Assembly: GCA_028534125.1 (NCBI GenBank)
Contig: CM052816.1
Coordinates: 91,328,001 to 91,392,000 of the forward strand
Direction of reading: 5' to 3'
From: Lama glama
Taxonomy: Eukaryota
Length of the DNA: 64,000 nt
The stretch's first letter is position 1; each line of letters opens with the position of its first letter. Below the pieces are notes generated by a model. The model searched no databases. It was not told the DNA's origin and saw nothing but the letters and a program-made list of their open reading frames with translations. The position numbers and the translations under genes were made by a program. This document shows positions 50,366-64,000 of the stretch, piece after piece.

Positions 50366-53300
50366 AAAAAACGGACACAAGTGTCATTCCCCCACACTTA
50401 TACCAACAAAGAATATTGCTCTTTGCCTTAACTCCAAAAAGACAACAACAACAAGAAAACAAAACCAAAACATCCTTTATTATTTTAGTTGTATTCCTTT
50501 GGCTAATGGGGAGATTGGGTATCTTTTCATATGTTTACTGGCAATGGTAAGAGTGAGAGTTGAAATATTTACTTGCAGCAATAACTAGAGACATGGAAGG
50601 AAGAATTCTGATAGACATTGCCCTTCAATAGTCCCCCTCTCACACCACTGTGATCTTAAGGCAAAGATGCAAGACCAAGCTGCCAGGCCTTTGTCCTTCT
50701 AGGAGACAAAATAATTAATCAGTCTTGAAGAGTGGGATGTGGTGGGAAAAGAATTTGGGGCCTACAAATTGATACTATGTTTTTGGAAAGTGATCTAGGA
50801 ATGTTTATCTGAACATAAAATTTTCAACTCTTGACTTGGCAATCACACCTTGAGAGGTTTACTCTAAGGATATAATTGTACAAGTCTGAAATGATCTGTG
50901 TACTAGGACATTGATTTCCACCTTGTTTGTGATAGAGAATTATTGGAAAAGTCACAAATGTTCATCCATGAGAGCTGATGAATGGTTATGTAAATGATGG
51001 CACCTCAATACAGTGGAATATTATGAAGCCAATGAAATGTATTGACACGGGAAGATTTCTACAACCTAATTCTGCTTGGCAATTGAATAAATAGGTAGAG
51101 TCACATTTATATATCTAAACATATCTATGAATGTAGAGAGATGGCTAGAAAAAAACATTTGCTGAAATACTGACTTAATTAAAATCGAACTGGGAAGATA
51201 GATGCAGACTTGAAGCTGTAGGGGAGATACTTACAATGAACTCTTAAAGTCTCAGTTTCAGAGAAGAGGAAGCTCGGTGTAGCAAGAGAAGTTAAAGGGG
51301 TCTCACATCATAGGAAGCACTTGAATTGATTCATTTATCTGAGTTAGGGTTTGAATGGGTGGAGAGGTAGGAGGCACATTTCCACTAGGGATGAAGTCTT
51401 CCTTCATTCACAACGTTTGTGTGAAGCAGTGAACAGGCACCAAGAATCACATATAAGGTATGGCCTCCAGACTCAAGGAGCTTATAGCTGAGTGGAGAAT
51501 AAAAGCACATAAATTATAATCCAGTGTGGAAAGTGCATCTATAAAGATGTGCCCAGGGCACCGTGAAAGCACAGAAAATGGGAACCTACCTGAGCCTCCA
51601 GTGCGGTCAGTGGGGACAGAGTGAGAGGGGCTGTGAGAGGGAAGTTTCCAGACATGGTGAGTGTAAGCTGAAACTCCAAAGATGAGTTAGCTCTGTGGGG
51701 AGTAAATAATACTAGAAAGAAACATGGATGTTTACCTTAGACATGACCGTTAAGAGGATAGAAAAGGCCGCCTCCAACTCACCAACAGGTAATGCATTTA
51801 ACTGGCCTGGAAACAGCAGTACTTTCCCCCTGACAGAGACAATGTAGCTTCACAGACTTGCCCACGGAGCCCAGTCAGCCATGCTTCTTAGGTGAATTGA
51901 TATCTGGATTCGAGGAGGCAGGAAACACAGTTCTCCTCATCGCTGCTCTCTCCAACTGCGTGACTGGCTTCCAAGCCCTAGGAAATGAAGCCCCCTCTCC
52001 CTACTCTGTCCTGCTTCTGATCCAGGCAGACTTCTCTTGATGAAGCCGGAACTGGTTCTCATAGCTCACTGCTGTCCCTGAAGCAGACACACAAGTCCTC
52101 TAAAGTCTAAGAATTATGTATTTATTTGTAATAATGTACTCTTTTATGGAGGAATGACTAACAGAGAATGAAGTACACAAATCTAGCCTGATGAACTTCT
52201 ACGTGTGTATGCACATGTGTGTAACCACCGTCCAGAACAGCCCCCAGCATGCTCCCCTATGCTCCCTCCCAGTAGACAGTCCCTCAAAGGTAAGCATGAT
52301 TCTGACTTCTGTTGAACTGGATTGGTTTTATCTGTTTGTGGGCTTCATAGAAATGAAATCTTATGGTATTTACTATTGGTCTTGAGCTTTTTCTGCTTAC
52401 CATTGCATCTGTGAGATTTGTCTATGAGGTTGCAGGCAGTGGTAGTTAAGTCTTTTTCATTGCTGTATAGTATTCTATCATGAGGCCATCCCACAGATGC
52501 AGGTCCATTGGTCAGCTATGCTGTTCTTTCTCCTTGGACCACTGGGCATGTTATTAGGAAGATGGTTTAGGGACAAGAGAGCATGACAAAGCATGCAAGC
52601 AACATCTGCTAATATTGCATTGGCCTAAGCAAGTCACATGGCTGGGCCCAAAGTCAAGAAGCACGGAAGTGTATCACTAGAGGTGAGAAAAGCTGCAAAG
52701 TCACACTGCTCAGGGCATGGATGCAGGGCAAGGTGAAGAATTTGGGCCATATGCAGTCAATGGCACTGGGTTATAGGGAATATGTATATATAACTTCAGT
52801 AGGTACTACCAGAGAGGTTTCCAAGTGCTTGTGCCAATTTATACTCCCAGCAGCAGCAGAAGAGAACAGAGTAAGACACAGTTGTTCCACATCCTCGCCA
52901 GTACTTTGGTGCTCAGTACTGGTACTTATGATTTTTAATTCTAACCACAGCCAGGAAGCATCCATACGTAAAAGGGTTCTTTCCTTTCCTCATCTCAACT
53001 TTCCACTGACCTTACTCCTCATTTTGTTTAGATACTAGGTCTTTAAAACAAGATGTATTCATGACTTTCTGAGAAGACTGCACTTATGTTTCAAAAGAAG
53101 GCCTTGGAAGTTGGGGTGAGGGCTTGGGGGAAGAGCAGGGCTCAGAGTAGGGGCAGTGCTGGACATGGTAAGTAGGACACTGCATGAAGAGATGGGGGAA
53201 CCTAGCTGAGACCTCGGGGAGAGTCAACAGGTGCGATGGAGACTGGCCATGAAAGGATGGAACGCTTATTCTCTCCTTCCCCTTCCCCATTACCAGAGCC

Positions 53301-54439
53301 ACCACTGTGCACATGCTTTTAGATGAGGGTCAATGCTGATTATAGTTGGATGTGGGTGCCAGGGATAGGGGAAGACTGTCAAATGTTAGTGGGGTCTGTG
53401 GAGGCCAGTGAGGGAAAAAGGGAAACAGAGAGGGAAGTCCCAGGTAGGGCTACTTGAATTTGGTCAATTTCTAGATAGCTGTTGTGCTGTTAGTATAGAA
53501 ATCACCTGAACTTGGACAATGAAACAGTGCTACATTTATGATGTGTATGTACTTTGACTCATTGTGTGTGTGTATAAATATATATATAGTTTTTCCATAA
53601 ATTTAATCTTCCAAGTTGTTTCTCTCTGGACAAAAACTAAATTCATGTCCTCTGCTTCCTACCAGCACACTTACTTCATACTCTGATCATTTATTAAATA
53701 GATAAACTGTTGAATTCAACTTTCCTCAAATTTTTTTCTTAAAATTTGTACAATAAAGAATACAATATTTCAGGGGCAGAAGATTAAGAAAAACCCATTT
53801 GTAGAGAACTCCTCATGACATGTTAGTGCCACCAAGGGTGCACTGCAGTAGCCTTGGAGGTGGCATAGACGTTTCCTGGACTACACAGTTGTATAAACCA
53901 CGAACCAGCTGTTCCTCCCTGAGTTCTGTAGCTCATTCAGTCCGTTGGGAAGTGCTCACTGAATGCGAATCATACTTAAGACTCTGGGTAGACAAGGTGA
54001 AGGAGTGCAATGATGAATTACACTTCTTGGCCTTCAAGGATTTCTAGAGACACAGACATGGACCCAGATAACTGCAAACCAATGTGCAGAGTGTCAGGAA
54101 TTGCTAAGTGTGCCATGTAATATTAAGTTAGCATAAATAGATCCAGTGGCCTCCACTGTCCAGGACGCGCTTCTCTGAGGTAACTGGAGACAGCCCTGTG
54201 GTCATTTAACATATAACAAATTGGGAGATCCCAATTTTAGATTTCCAGGGACACGTGAGAGATCATCTAGACCAACCTTTACTCAAGGAAGGGCTGAGGT
54301 AGCCAAGCTCCCCAAGGTGGTTAGCGGCTGAGCTGTGTTGAGAACTAGGGTCCGCTGTTTCTTCCAAGTGGCTTTGCAGGTGAGGGCATGGTTTAGTAAG
54401 TCCACAGGTCAGGTTTCCAGTCTCTCCGCATTTACTTGC

Positions 54440-54620
54440 TTTGTAACCTTCAGCCAGTTTTTTAACCTCCGGGTGTCCCAGTTTTCTCTGGTCAAGAAGG
54501 GATAATAATAGTAACGGTGTCATAGGGTTTTAGGGAGGATTAATTGAGATGATGCATGTAGTGCATTTAGCAGAGTGATGCGTGGAGTAAGCACTCGGTA
54601 AATGTCAGCTGGCATTAGCA
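54440..54620 (+). mobile_element. MIR SINE
   Basis: CAGTTTTCTC..GGGATAATAATAGTA..CATAGGGTT..GAGGATTAA..GCACTCGGTAAATG. Confidence 0.75.
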
Positions 54621-56312
54621 AGTTTTTTTTTTTTAAGTGAAAGGCTTTATAGTTGGAAGGCAAAGAGCGACTAAGCACTGATTCAAGGTGTTCATAGAAA
54701 TACCTAGATGTTAAACAGTCAAAACCGATTCTATCATGACTGTGCCCTACTCTAAACACAGTCACGTCAAACACAACATCTACCATGACAGCAAATGAAG
54801 GGAGTTCTTTGAAATGTTTCTTCTTTTGAGAAAAGTGATCTGAGAAGCATTGAGATACTTTCAGTGTTTCCACTCTGGTTGGTCTGCAAGCTGTTAGCTC
54901 AGCATCTTCTCTGTGTCTCTGTTTCTGTCAGTCTCTGTTTTCATCTTTTAAAGATTTTCAGCACAGAACAGCTAAACTAGAATTTCTCGTTTTCCCCTTA
55001 ATATCCAGCCCCCTACAGAGGACTGCAGTAGAAGGCAGGAGGGGTACTGCTTGAGCCATGTGGCCACTCCATCCTGGATTTCTGCTTCTGTGCTAGCTGG
55101 GCTGCTTTCAGATTGTGTTACAGCAGAAAGCTAAACTGAGATGACTGATTGTCCTCCAGTTGTGCTATCGTGCCACAAACCTAAACATTTGGAAACAACA
55201 CACCCCAGACAGTTTCTCCTGCTTCTCTCAGCCTTTCAAATCAGAACTTTTGAAATAGTTTGGGGTTTTTAGTTGTTACAGCTGCAGGTACTTTAGACAT
55301 CATATACTCCAAACTTTCAAGATCATAGAGCTGGCGGAGTGAGCCCTGAAGTCCTGGTCCCTGAGTCCAGGGAGCCTTTTGCTCATCTCTGAGTGGTGCT
55401 GAACCAGAGAGAACTCTGCAGTTTTGAGTTGAGGTCTTCCTCTCTCAGCATGAATATTCTTTTTGAAACAATTTCAACCATCAGAACTAAAGATTTTTAA
55501 AAACAGGATGCTTTTAGCAAATTGAAGACTTTGCTTGTCTGTACTTTGTTTTGCTTCTTGGTGATTTTAACTGTTGAGTAGCAGGCATCAACTCCACCAG
55601 TTAGAATGATTTGGTACAATACAGAGAAGGCCACTGCAAGCGGTTATAGGGACACTGCCTGCCCCTTTATTTTAATGAAATAGAAGCACACTGGGTCTTG
55701 ATAATTAGACAGGGAGATTAACAGGATCATCAGCCACTCATGATTGAGGAGGTTGACCTTATGTCCCAATTCTTTTAATTACTTACAAAATGAAGCAATT
55801 TTTTTTCTGTTGTTGAAAATAATTATAAGCTTTACATTCACCTGTCCACTAACTGAATGCAACTGGGCAATATACCCCATTTATGAAAGCTGGGGGAGTA
55901 TTAACTGAATTAGACATAAGGGATTTAAAGTACTTCCCCATAGAATCCTCTTACAGATCGAGTGCATAAAAATGGTAACATTTTATCCAATTTTTTTCTT
56001 TGGACAAATATGGATACAATTAATCTAGAAATGGAAGGAAATTTACTCTAGGGCACCCATCTGAGGATCAGTTGTCACATGAGTGTTGAATTACGGAGAC
56101 AGTGATTCAGTGAGGAATAGCACAGTGACATTCATGATGAATTTGATTGGATACAAACACGTGCTGGAATGAGAAAAGGGGCCAGGGTTTACATTTTTCC
56201 AAGATATACTCTGTCAGTATCAATAAACAGATCTTTTCAGCATGTATCATTCTATATAGAGTAAATATGTTTGGTCCAATATCCTAAAACTACTTTCTCT
56301 TTCATGAAGAAC

Positions 56313-56662
56313 TGTATTAGTCAGCTTGGGTTGCTACAACAAAATAGCACGGACGGTGTGGCTTAGCCAACAGAACTTTATTTCTCACAGTTCTGGAGGC
56401 TGGGAAGCCCAAGGTCAAGGCTCTGGCTGGTGCAGTTCCAGGTGTGGTTTTCCTCCCTGCTTGCAGACCCGTGCCTTCCTCCTGCGTCCTCACAGAGAGG
56501 ACTCACTTCTTAGGAGGCCACAGTTCTATTAGATTAGGGCCCTGCTCTGGCGACCTCATTAAACCCTAATTTTCTTAAAGATCCTGTTTCCAGGTACAGT
56601 GCCTTTGGGGATGAGGGCTTCAACAATCAAATTTTGTGGATACATAATTCAGTTTGCAGCAG
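56313..56662. mobile_element. MLT1A-like MaLR LTR
   Basis: TGTATTAGTCAGCTTGGGTTGC...TTTATTTCTCACAGTTCTGGAGGCTGGGAAGCCCAAGGTCAAGG...ATAATTCAGTTTGCAGCA. Confidence 0.85.
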
Positions 56663-57319
56663 GAACTTTCTTGGGGACTTAAGTAGAAAACTACAAGATG
56701 AAAGCAGTTCAGTTGTTGATTTCATTTAAAATCTGAATAGGACATTGAGATTTAGTTTCCAAACTCTATCCTGCCGTCTCCATGAAGAGTGGGGACTCTT
56801 AACATTCCCTGGCCATGATGGGAAAGTCCAAAAAACTTGCCTTACCCCCCAGTTTATGGACCTTTCACATTAAATTCATTCTGCTGTCTTTAAACATTAG
56901 GTGGCCTGTAGGTTACTTAGGAGCTGTTGTTAATATCAGTGAATGGATCCGCTCCTCCCAGAGAACAGAGGGTGGCGTTTGGGGTGCAGGGCAGGAAAGG
57001 GACTAAGGTTAGAGCTTTTAGAGGGAGAGCTGGCTAGAGATGGAGACCTGTCCTTGGCAGTCAAGTGACAGCAGAAGACACCTAGCACCAGGGCACAAAA
57101 GAGGGCAAGAAAAAGATGAAATGGAGGCCTGATTTGGAATTTGAGGGTGTAGAAACAGCAACAAAACATAATTTATCTTTTATTTATTCTAGCCTACAAA
57201 TGCTCGCAGTGAAAGTATTTCATTAGTAATTGCTTAGTTTTTCCAGTTATCTCTGATATGATAACATTTTTATTTTAGAATGGTTTTACATTTACAGAAG
57301 AGGTTTAAAGATAGTTTAT

Positions 57320-57860
57320 CTTTTTTATTATTTTTATTGAAGTATAGCTGTTTTATAATATATTAACTTCAGGCATATGACATAGATTAAATATTTTTAT
57401 AGATGATAACCTGTTGAAAGTTATTGTAAAATACTGGCCACATCCCCTGTGCCATGCATTACATCCTTGTATGTCACTTATTTTGTACCTAGTGGCTTGT
57501 ACCTCTTAATCCCCTCTCCCTGTCTTTCCCCTCCTCCCCTTCCTCTTCCCGTTGGTAACCACTAGCTTGTTCTCTACATCTGTGAGTCTGCTTTCTGTTT
57601 TGTTATATTCATCTATTTATCTTTTAGATTCCACATGTAAGTGAAAATACACAGTATTTGACTTTCTCCGTCAGACTTATTTCACTAGCATAATCCTCTT
57701 CAGGTCCATCCATGTTGCTGCAAATGACAAAGTTTCATTGTTTTTAGGGCTAGTTAATATTCCATTGTATATACCACGCCTTCTTCATCCATTCGTTTGC
57801 TGATGGACAGTGAGGGTGCTTCCATATCTTGCTTATTGTGAGTAACGCTGCTGTGAGCCT
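57320..57860 (-). mobile_element. LINE-1 3' end (T-rich tail, 3' UTR, end of ORF2)
   Basis: TTTTTATTGAAGTATAG...GGTAACCACTAG...TTAGATTCCACATGTAAGTGA...TCCATCCATGTTGCTGCAAATG. Confidence 0.88.
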
Positions 57861-57889
57861 CACACTGTATCACCGAATCTACGGCTATT

Positions 57890-59345
57890 TCCTCCTACTG
57901 TATTTCTCACTTCAGCTCTGTATTCTTTAGCTTTGACCAGTTCTTTTCTGTATTTTCCAGTTCCTTATTTAACTTGTGTTCATCTGTTCTTTGCCCAAGT
58001 TCAGTTAGCATTCTTATTACTATTACTTTGAACTTTTTATCTGGTTAATTATCTTCGTTTCTTTAGAGTTTTTCTGTTTTTTTTTTTTTATTCCCTTTGC
58101 TCTTTCATTTGGAACATATTCTTCTGTCTTCTCATTTTGTTTGACTTTCTCTGTCTCTATGAAATCAGGCGAAACAGCTACCTATCCTACCCTTGAAGGG
58201 GTGTCTGTGTGGGAGCATCCCTGTGCAGTCTGTGTGTGCCCGGAGGCTTTGGTGGGAGAGCTGGATCCGGGTGAGCACGGGTCACGTCTTCCCGCAGGCT
58301 GTGCTGGCAGCCACCTCATTGGTGGGTGGTGGGGCTGGAGATGGAGAGGCTGGAGCCAGAGCCAAGTGTGAGGCTGGGCTTCTCCTATGTTCAGTGGCCA
58401 ACACCGCCCTATTGGGGGTCTGGTCGGGGCCCAAGGGGCTGGAGCAGAAGCCCTGAAGGAGCTGGGCTTCTTCGGAGTGTGATGGTAGTCTGCATCTTGG
58501 TTGGGGTCATGGTGAGTCCCTGAGGGCTTGGGGCAGCACTTCTGTGCTGGTTTCACTTCCTCCTCGCTGTGGGTCCCTTGTTTAGAGGTTAGGTCAGGGC
58601 TGGAAGGGTTGGTGCCTGGCTACCGAGCTGGTTCTGCTCCTGCTGGCAACATTGATCTCTGCTCTGGAGCGGGTTTAGCTCCTCCCAGATGTGCGCAGGT
58701 CCATGCTGCCTCTGCCCTTGTCAGAGGCTGAGTTGGATCTGAGCTCATTCTGTTCCCACTAAGTTTGCACCCTCTCCTTGGCGATGGCAGCCTTTGCCCT
58801 AGTGGAGAACAGGACCCGAGCAAGAGGGGCCAGAGAAGGTGCCTGATTTGGGCTGGGCTGTTCTCTGGGGCTGCCCTGACAAGCCAGCCAGAGCCTCAGG
58901 CAGTTGTCCATCTGCTGCCTCCACTCTGTGACCAGAAGTAAGCATGTGTGTGCGTGCTCTTCACGAGCGGAGTCTCGGTTTCTTACAGCCCTCTGGTTAG
59001 TACTACTGATGTTCCGACTAGCTAAGGGGGCTTGTCTTCCTGATGTCTGACCCCAGGGAGGGGGTGCCTTGAACCCCTTGCTCCCCAGGGAAGATCGCTG
59101 AGCCTGTGATGATATCCTCCTCCTCTTTTATGTCCCCTGCTAAGGATGCAGGTCCCTGCAAATTCACTTCTTCTTTCCCACCAGACTCTGCACGGACCTT
59201 CTTTACAGCTTTGCCTGTAGAAGAGCCTTTCTGCCGGTCTCCTGGTTGTTTTCAGTGAGAGTTGCTCTAAGGGTATTTGTAGAGCATTTTTGGTGTTTTC
59301 ATGGGGGGCGGTGAGCTCAGCGTCCTCCTACCCCACCATCTCAAT
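57890..59345 (-). mobile_element. LINE-1 5' region (GC-rich 5' UTR / ORF1 start)
   Basis: TCTCATTTTGTTTGACTTTCTCTG... and terminal GTGAGCTCAGCGTCCTCCTACCCCACCATCT resemble L1M2/L1M3-type 5' ends. Confidence 0.65.
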
Positions 59346-59930
59346 TTCTGCCATCAAGTATAGAACAATCTTTTATGCCCCACACCCAGTTTTCCTCATT
59401 ATTAAGCATCTTATATTACTATGGTGCACTCGTCACAACAAAGAAAGAAACATTGGTGCATTATTATTGACTAAACTTTACTAAAATTTCACCATTTCTC
59501 CCCTAATAAAATTCTTCTGTTCCAGGATCTTCTCCAGGGCACCACGTTGAGTTTAGTTATCATATCTCCATAGGCTCCTCAAGGCTGTGACATTTTCAAG
59601 AATGTCCTTGTCTTTGATGACTTGACAGAGTTGAGGAGCCTTGGCCAGGTGTCTTCTAGAATGTTCCTCAGTTTGGGTTTGCTGATGCTTTTCCCTCCTA
59701 GGTAGACAGGAATTATGACTGTGTTTTTGGCAGGAGGGAGACCATGGAGGTGTCGTGTGTTCAGAGTACTTGCCGTCGATAGGACTGAGCACCGTTGATG
59801 TTGACCTTGATCACCCAGTCTGAGGTCGTGCTTGTCAGATTTCTCTACTATAAACTTCCTCCCTCCTCTCACCTCCTTCCATAATTTACTCTTTGGAAAC
59901 AAGTGAATGCATCCCACATTCAGAGGATGG
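59345..59930 (-). mobile_element. L1MC/L1MD-like 3' UTR (host element; its first ~50 bp lie at ~57268-57318)
   Basis: CACCCAGTTTTCC..ATTATTA..CATCTTA...CTTTGATGACTTGACAG..TTGAGGAG...CCTTGATCACC. Confidence 0.7.
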
Positions 59931-60869
59931 ATGATCTTTGACTTTATTAACTGAACGTGTTGAACTGTCTTCTATTACCAGCAACATCTAAGTGAATCCC
60001 AGTCCTTATCCTTATCCTAACTCTAACGGGAAGATTTTGTCTAGTGATTTTCCTACAAGCTCCACATACTACCTCTTTTTCTCATTTCTGTCAGCTGTCA
60101 CTCTTAATTTTGCCTTTTTCTGTTGTGTGCACATGGCATTTACAATCCAGATTAAGACTGAAAAATTTAGTCAGCTATCCTCATGTTTCTGCTTAATTTA
60201 AATGTTTGCCTAATAGCCTAAAAACTCAGAAAACGAACTGAAAATTATGTTTTGATCACAAAGTTTGGCACTGCAGAGTGATACCCTTCCTCTGGCACCA
60301 TGAATTTCTCACTCCGCTATTAAATTATATATAATTTCACTGGATGTGGAGCCATGTGACTCTTTTCTGAGCCTTCCTATGGGGGCTTGATAAACAGATT
60401 GCAATATGTTGCTTTGATTAAGAATCAGAATGCTGCATGCTTTAACTAAAAGCGAAAACCCCCAAATCAATGAAGCAGGCTGATGGAAAAACAAGAGGTA
60501 GGATTATGGGATAAAGAGGTGAGAAAGTCAATGAGCACACATTTTATAGTTGGTGCTAGAGAACGAGGGAAAGAGGGAATAAAGTGTAGTGATGCTGTTA
60601 GAAAGTGTTCAGTTAAGGAGAGGGCCGTGAGCCTGCTGCTGATTGCTGGTGATAGAGATGAACAACGCACTGGGAGAGGATGTCTGGGCTGGGCACCACA
60701 GAGCAATCTGATAAATCTGATTTTAAAGGGCATTAAGTCATCTTAATGAGCATGTAAAGAGTATTCAGGAACATATTCTTGACTTTTTCCTTTACTAAAC
60801 TCATCTTACGGTGTTAATTCTGAGTTTCTCTGAGAAACAATAATGAAAATTTGCTTCTTGTTTTTCCAT

Positions 60870-61030
60870 GTATAAAGTGCTTTCACATGCATTAGCTCCC
60901 AGTAATCCCATATGAAAATACAGGATGTTAATTTTATCATTAGTCCCATTTCACAGCTGGGCCCACTGAGGCACGGGGAGGTGAAGCAGTTTATTTGGGA
61001 TCAGTTGGTCAGAGGTAAAGAAGCAGGAAT
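60870..61030 (-). mobile_element. MIR SINE fragment
   Basis: GTGCTTTCACATGCATTAGCTC...CCCATTTCACAG..ACTGAGGCAC. Confidence 0.65.
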
Positions 61031-64000
61031 TTCCCTTAGCCAAATCAAGTCAACTGGTTTCAGTTATCATTGGGGGGGGAGCGGCTGAACTGGAGGGAGG
61101 CCTGCACGTGGGTCTCCAGACTGCAGCGCTCACACTGGAATCCACGGCAATCCATGTAGATCAAATTGTTTCTGAAGTCCTGCGAGTATTTTGAGATTTT
61201 ACTATCAGGATGTCTAAGCTAGGTTTCTCTTTTGGGAGGATGCACCCAAACTCAGGCCTGAGGATTCGGACTGTGCTTCCGCTACTAGACTTGGATGAAA
61301 TTCTCTGAAATACCCACCTTCCTCTCTTAACCTTGCTCCAGTCTCTCTGGTCCAGGTAAAAAGAGTAAATTAAGACTGAGGAAAAACTTCCTTGCTCCTT
61401 GGAACACTACATAGGGTTTGGCTCTTGCTTAGGACAAGTGTCTTCCACGGACGCCTTCTTGCTGCACGGCAGTCAGTTGAGCTGCTTGAGGACAATAAAG
61501 ACCGGGCAAGACAAGCTCACTTCAGAAGGGGAGAACATTGACATTCAGTGGTGCGGTGAGCCAGCTCCTGGGGGACAGGGAGGAACAGGCCAGCCAGGGC
61601 AGGGCGGCCGGACTGCCTTGGCCCCAAAGGCCAGACGCTGAGTTGTTAGAGGGACAGAGAATGACATGGACAGAGGAGCAGAGGGCAGGTCAAGACGTGT
61701 CCCCCATCAGCAGTCCTCTCCCACCCTCTTTATCTCCCTGACTCCAATACATTCATGGTGGTCTCACTCTCCACCTTCCTGTGCTGTCTTCGGAGTCAGA
61801 AATAGAGATGGAATGAAGCAGTCACCTAGAAAATCCTCCGAGAGAGTGGGGAGCTAAGGGCAGGTAAGATGAAGGAACAGAGAAAGGAGAAGGGAGGAGA
61901 CATGGGCATAGAACATTTTGCCCCTTTTACAGTCTAATGCTATTTGCTTTTATACGTTAGAAGGTAAAACGCACAGAGTGTAAACGGGGCTCCCCCTTTG
62001 AGTGGACTAACAGAGCAGAGGGAGGCAGGGGTGTTGGAAGCAGTGATGGTGAACTTCCCCGGTCCACCGGATGGCACAACACACTGCTTCCACTGAAACG
62101 CTGACCTCCAGAACTTGTAGGCAGTGGAATCCTCAGGGTAAATTTTTTATGATGTATTTTTTATCTGGTTGCCTTGTGAGCCATTTACTTGGCTTAAGAC
62201 AGTGTTGGACTCAGAAGAGGGATTTTTGAAATCTGTCCCCGTGGTCCTGGAGTAGAATTACTCTTCATGCTGTTATTTTAACAAGGAAAGTGAGCATGAG
62301 TGGAGGAGATAATGTCGGTACCAGGTCGCTCAGAAAACCGGGTTGTGATTGTTAAGTTCTTGGATGCTTTTGCCTCTTAAAAATCTCACCTCCGAAATGG
62401 CTTGCCCTTGTAAAACATGGTGCAATTTAATAGTTTCCCCTCCATGTTAACAACTTATTGATAACTATTTTGGTTTTGGAAACAGTGATGCCAGCCCTTC
62501 GAGTGAGGTTTTTTAGTCATTTTGGCCTGAGTTGATGCTCTGTGACTAAGATAGAATCTGCTGTTTTTCCTTGTAAAAATGATCACAAGGCTGGCTTCTA
62601 AATTTTTGGCAGTGAGTCATGTGGAAACTATGGGGAGGCTCTGACTTACCTTTTGAAATCTTTGTATCACAGTGATTTGCCAGGAAAAAGGGGAAAGAAA
62701 TCTCTTTAAAATCAAGTGTCATCCTGGTTGCTGAGGGCCACTTGGGTGGGGCTCCTGCTGTGAGGCAGTGAGCGTGTGAGGTGCTCGGACACTGCAAGGG
62801 ACTTTTGGAGGTGACGCCACTCTTCCTGCTCAAGGTCAGAATATGTTGCTCTCATGTGCTTCTTGACTCTTGAGCATCAATTCACATTTTCAAGGTGAAT
62901 GGAAAGTAGATTTTATTGGTTTTAAAAAAAGTCAGTTTTCTTCAGGATATTAAAGTGATTCTGCCGTGTAGACGAGGGTGTCCCAAGCCACTGTTTAGCT
63001 TCTAGTGGGTGTATTTCTCTCCCATTTTGTTAATGACTTTCCAAGGACACCCTTCTTTTATTCTGCCAGCAGGAAATGACTGAGGTAGTCACGGTTCTGT
63101 TTCCAGATGGCCTGCACGTCCTGTGGACGCTGAGGGCTCTTTAGGAAGGACCACATTTTTGTTTCCATTTTATTCAGTGCCTGAGGTTTTGGAGAGGGTT
63201 CATTACCATTAGAGGATTTGCTCTACTAAGTTCTTCCTGCTTTTAGATTTAGGACCAGAACATGAGCTAGATGAGGACAGTTTATCTGGAACAGCACCTG
63301 GACCCCGCAGGCACTCAGTAGATAGTCACATGCTACATGAATGTGTTTGCCACCTGACAGGTCACCCATCAGCCGCGAGATAAAGCAGAGCGCTTTATAC
63401 AGAGTTCCCAAGTGTCCTGTCTAGAGGGTTAAAAGAACTCTGGAGGTGGACTTTAGATATTTCCTTCTGTTGGTTTGGCGACTAGATAATTCGTGCCACT
63501 TTTCAGAATAAATCAAGAGTCCTGCAGTATGGGCTCTGCCTCTCGGCCCCCTTCATTCCCACAGCCGTCATCTTACTTGACCACTACGTTAGGAACAGAA
63601 AAAAGAGTGATTCTGAATAGGTACACATCCGCTTACAACAGTGCCGGGCACATTGAAACACTGTGTAAATTTAGTCATTATTATGATGTTAATGATGTTG
63701 CCATGTTTTTCTACTTTATAAAGAGTTCTAAAAAATCGAAAATGGATGTTTTAAATTTTATTAAATTTTGTCCAATTCCTTCTCAGCATTAATGGAGAAC
63801 ATAAAATTTCTCTTTTTATTTACTAATATGAAGAATTGTGTTGTCTTATTTTCTAATGTTGAACAGTCCTTGTACACCTGTTGTGAACCCCACTGAGCTG
63901 CACAATTTGGCTTCCACATATTTACTTTGAGATTTTTGCCCTGAGGACATAAGTGAAATTTGTCTATAGCTTCTTTTTGTGTGGGTATCTTTGTCAGATG

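Larger units (their letters stand above)
29439..64000 (+). other. MARCHF11: MARCHF11 intron 2 (partial, continues beyond the window)
   Basis: Starts GTAAAC; no exon encoding the two expected transmembrane helices was found in the rest of the window; repeat-rich. Confidence 0.8.

Noticed and set aside
58141..58823. Cluster of ORFs in a GC-rich block
   Set aside because: Lies in L1 5'-region-like sequence; explained by composition.
61445..61456. Partial RE1-like CCACGGACGCC
   Set aside because: Lacks the TTCAGCAC left half and has a deletion in the right half.

Overview
Mammalian genomic DNA, probably camelid: it carries a short tRNA-Ala-like SINE resembling vic-1, and I saw no Alu, BovB, PRE-1 or CAN-SINE copies. 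The only supportable protein-coding gene is the 5' part of MARCHF11 (MARCH11, a RING-CH E3 ubiquitin ligase) on the + strand. It has a CpG-island promoter (~26.4-28.3 kb), coding exon 1 (27540-28094), a 1188-bp intron 1, exon 2 (29283-29438), and an intron 2 of >34 kb running off the window. The rest is intergenic or intronic DNA dominated by old transposons (L1, L2, MIR, MLT1/MLT2, ERV1-type LTRs, MER20) and microsatellites; nearly all other ORFs in the track are artefacts. I see no new biological system. The best observations are a perfect 21/21 RE1/NRSE (REST) site in intron 1, a duplicated L1-tail/microsatellite/MLT1 composite upstream, a near-perfect intronic hairpin, a CpG-retaining patch and CTCF-like site in intron 2, an upstream solo-LTR cluster with promoter motifs, and an internally deleted nested L1. 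Repeat family names are by-eye recognition and their boundaries are approximate.
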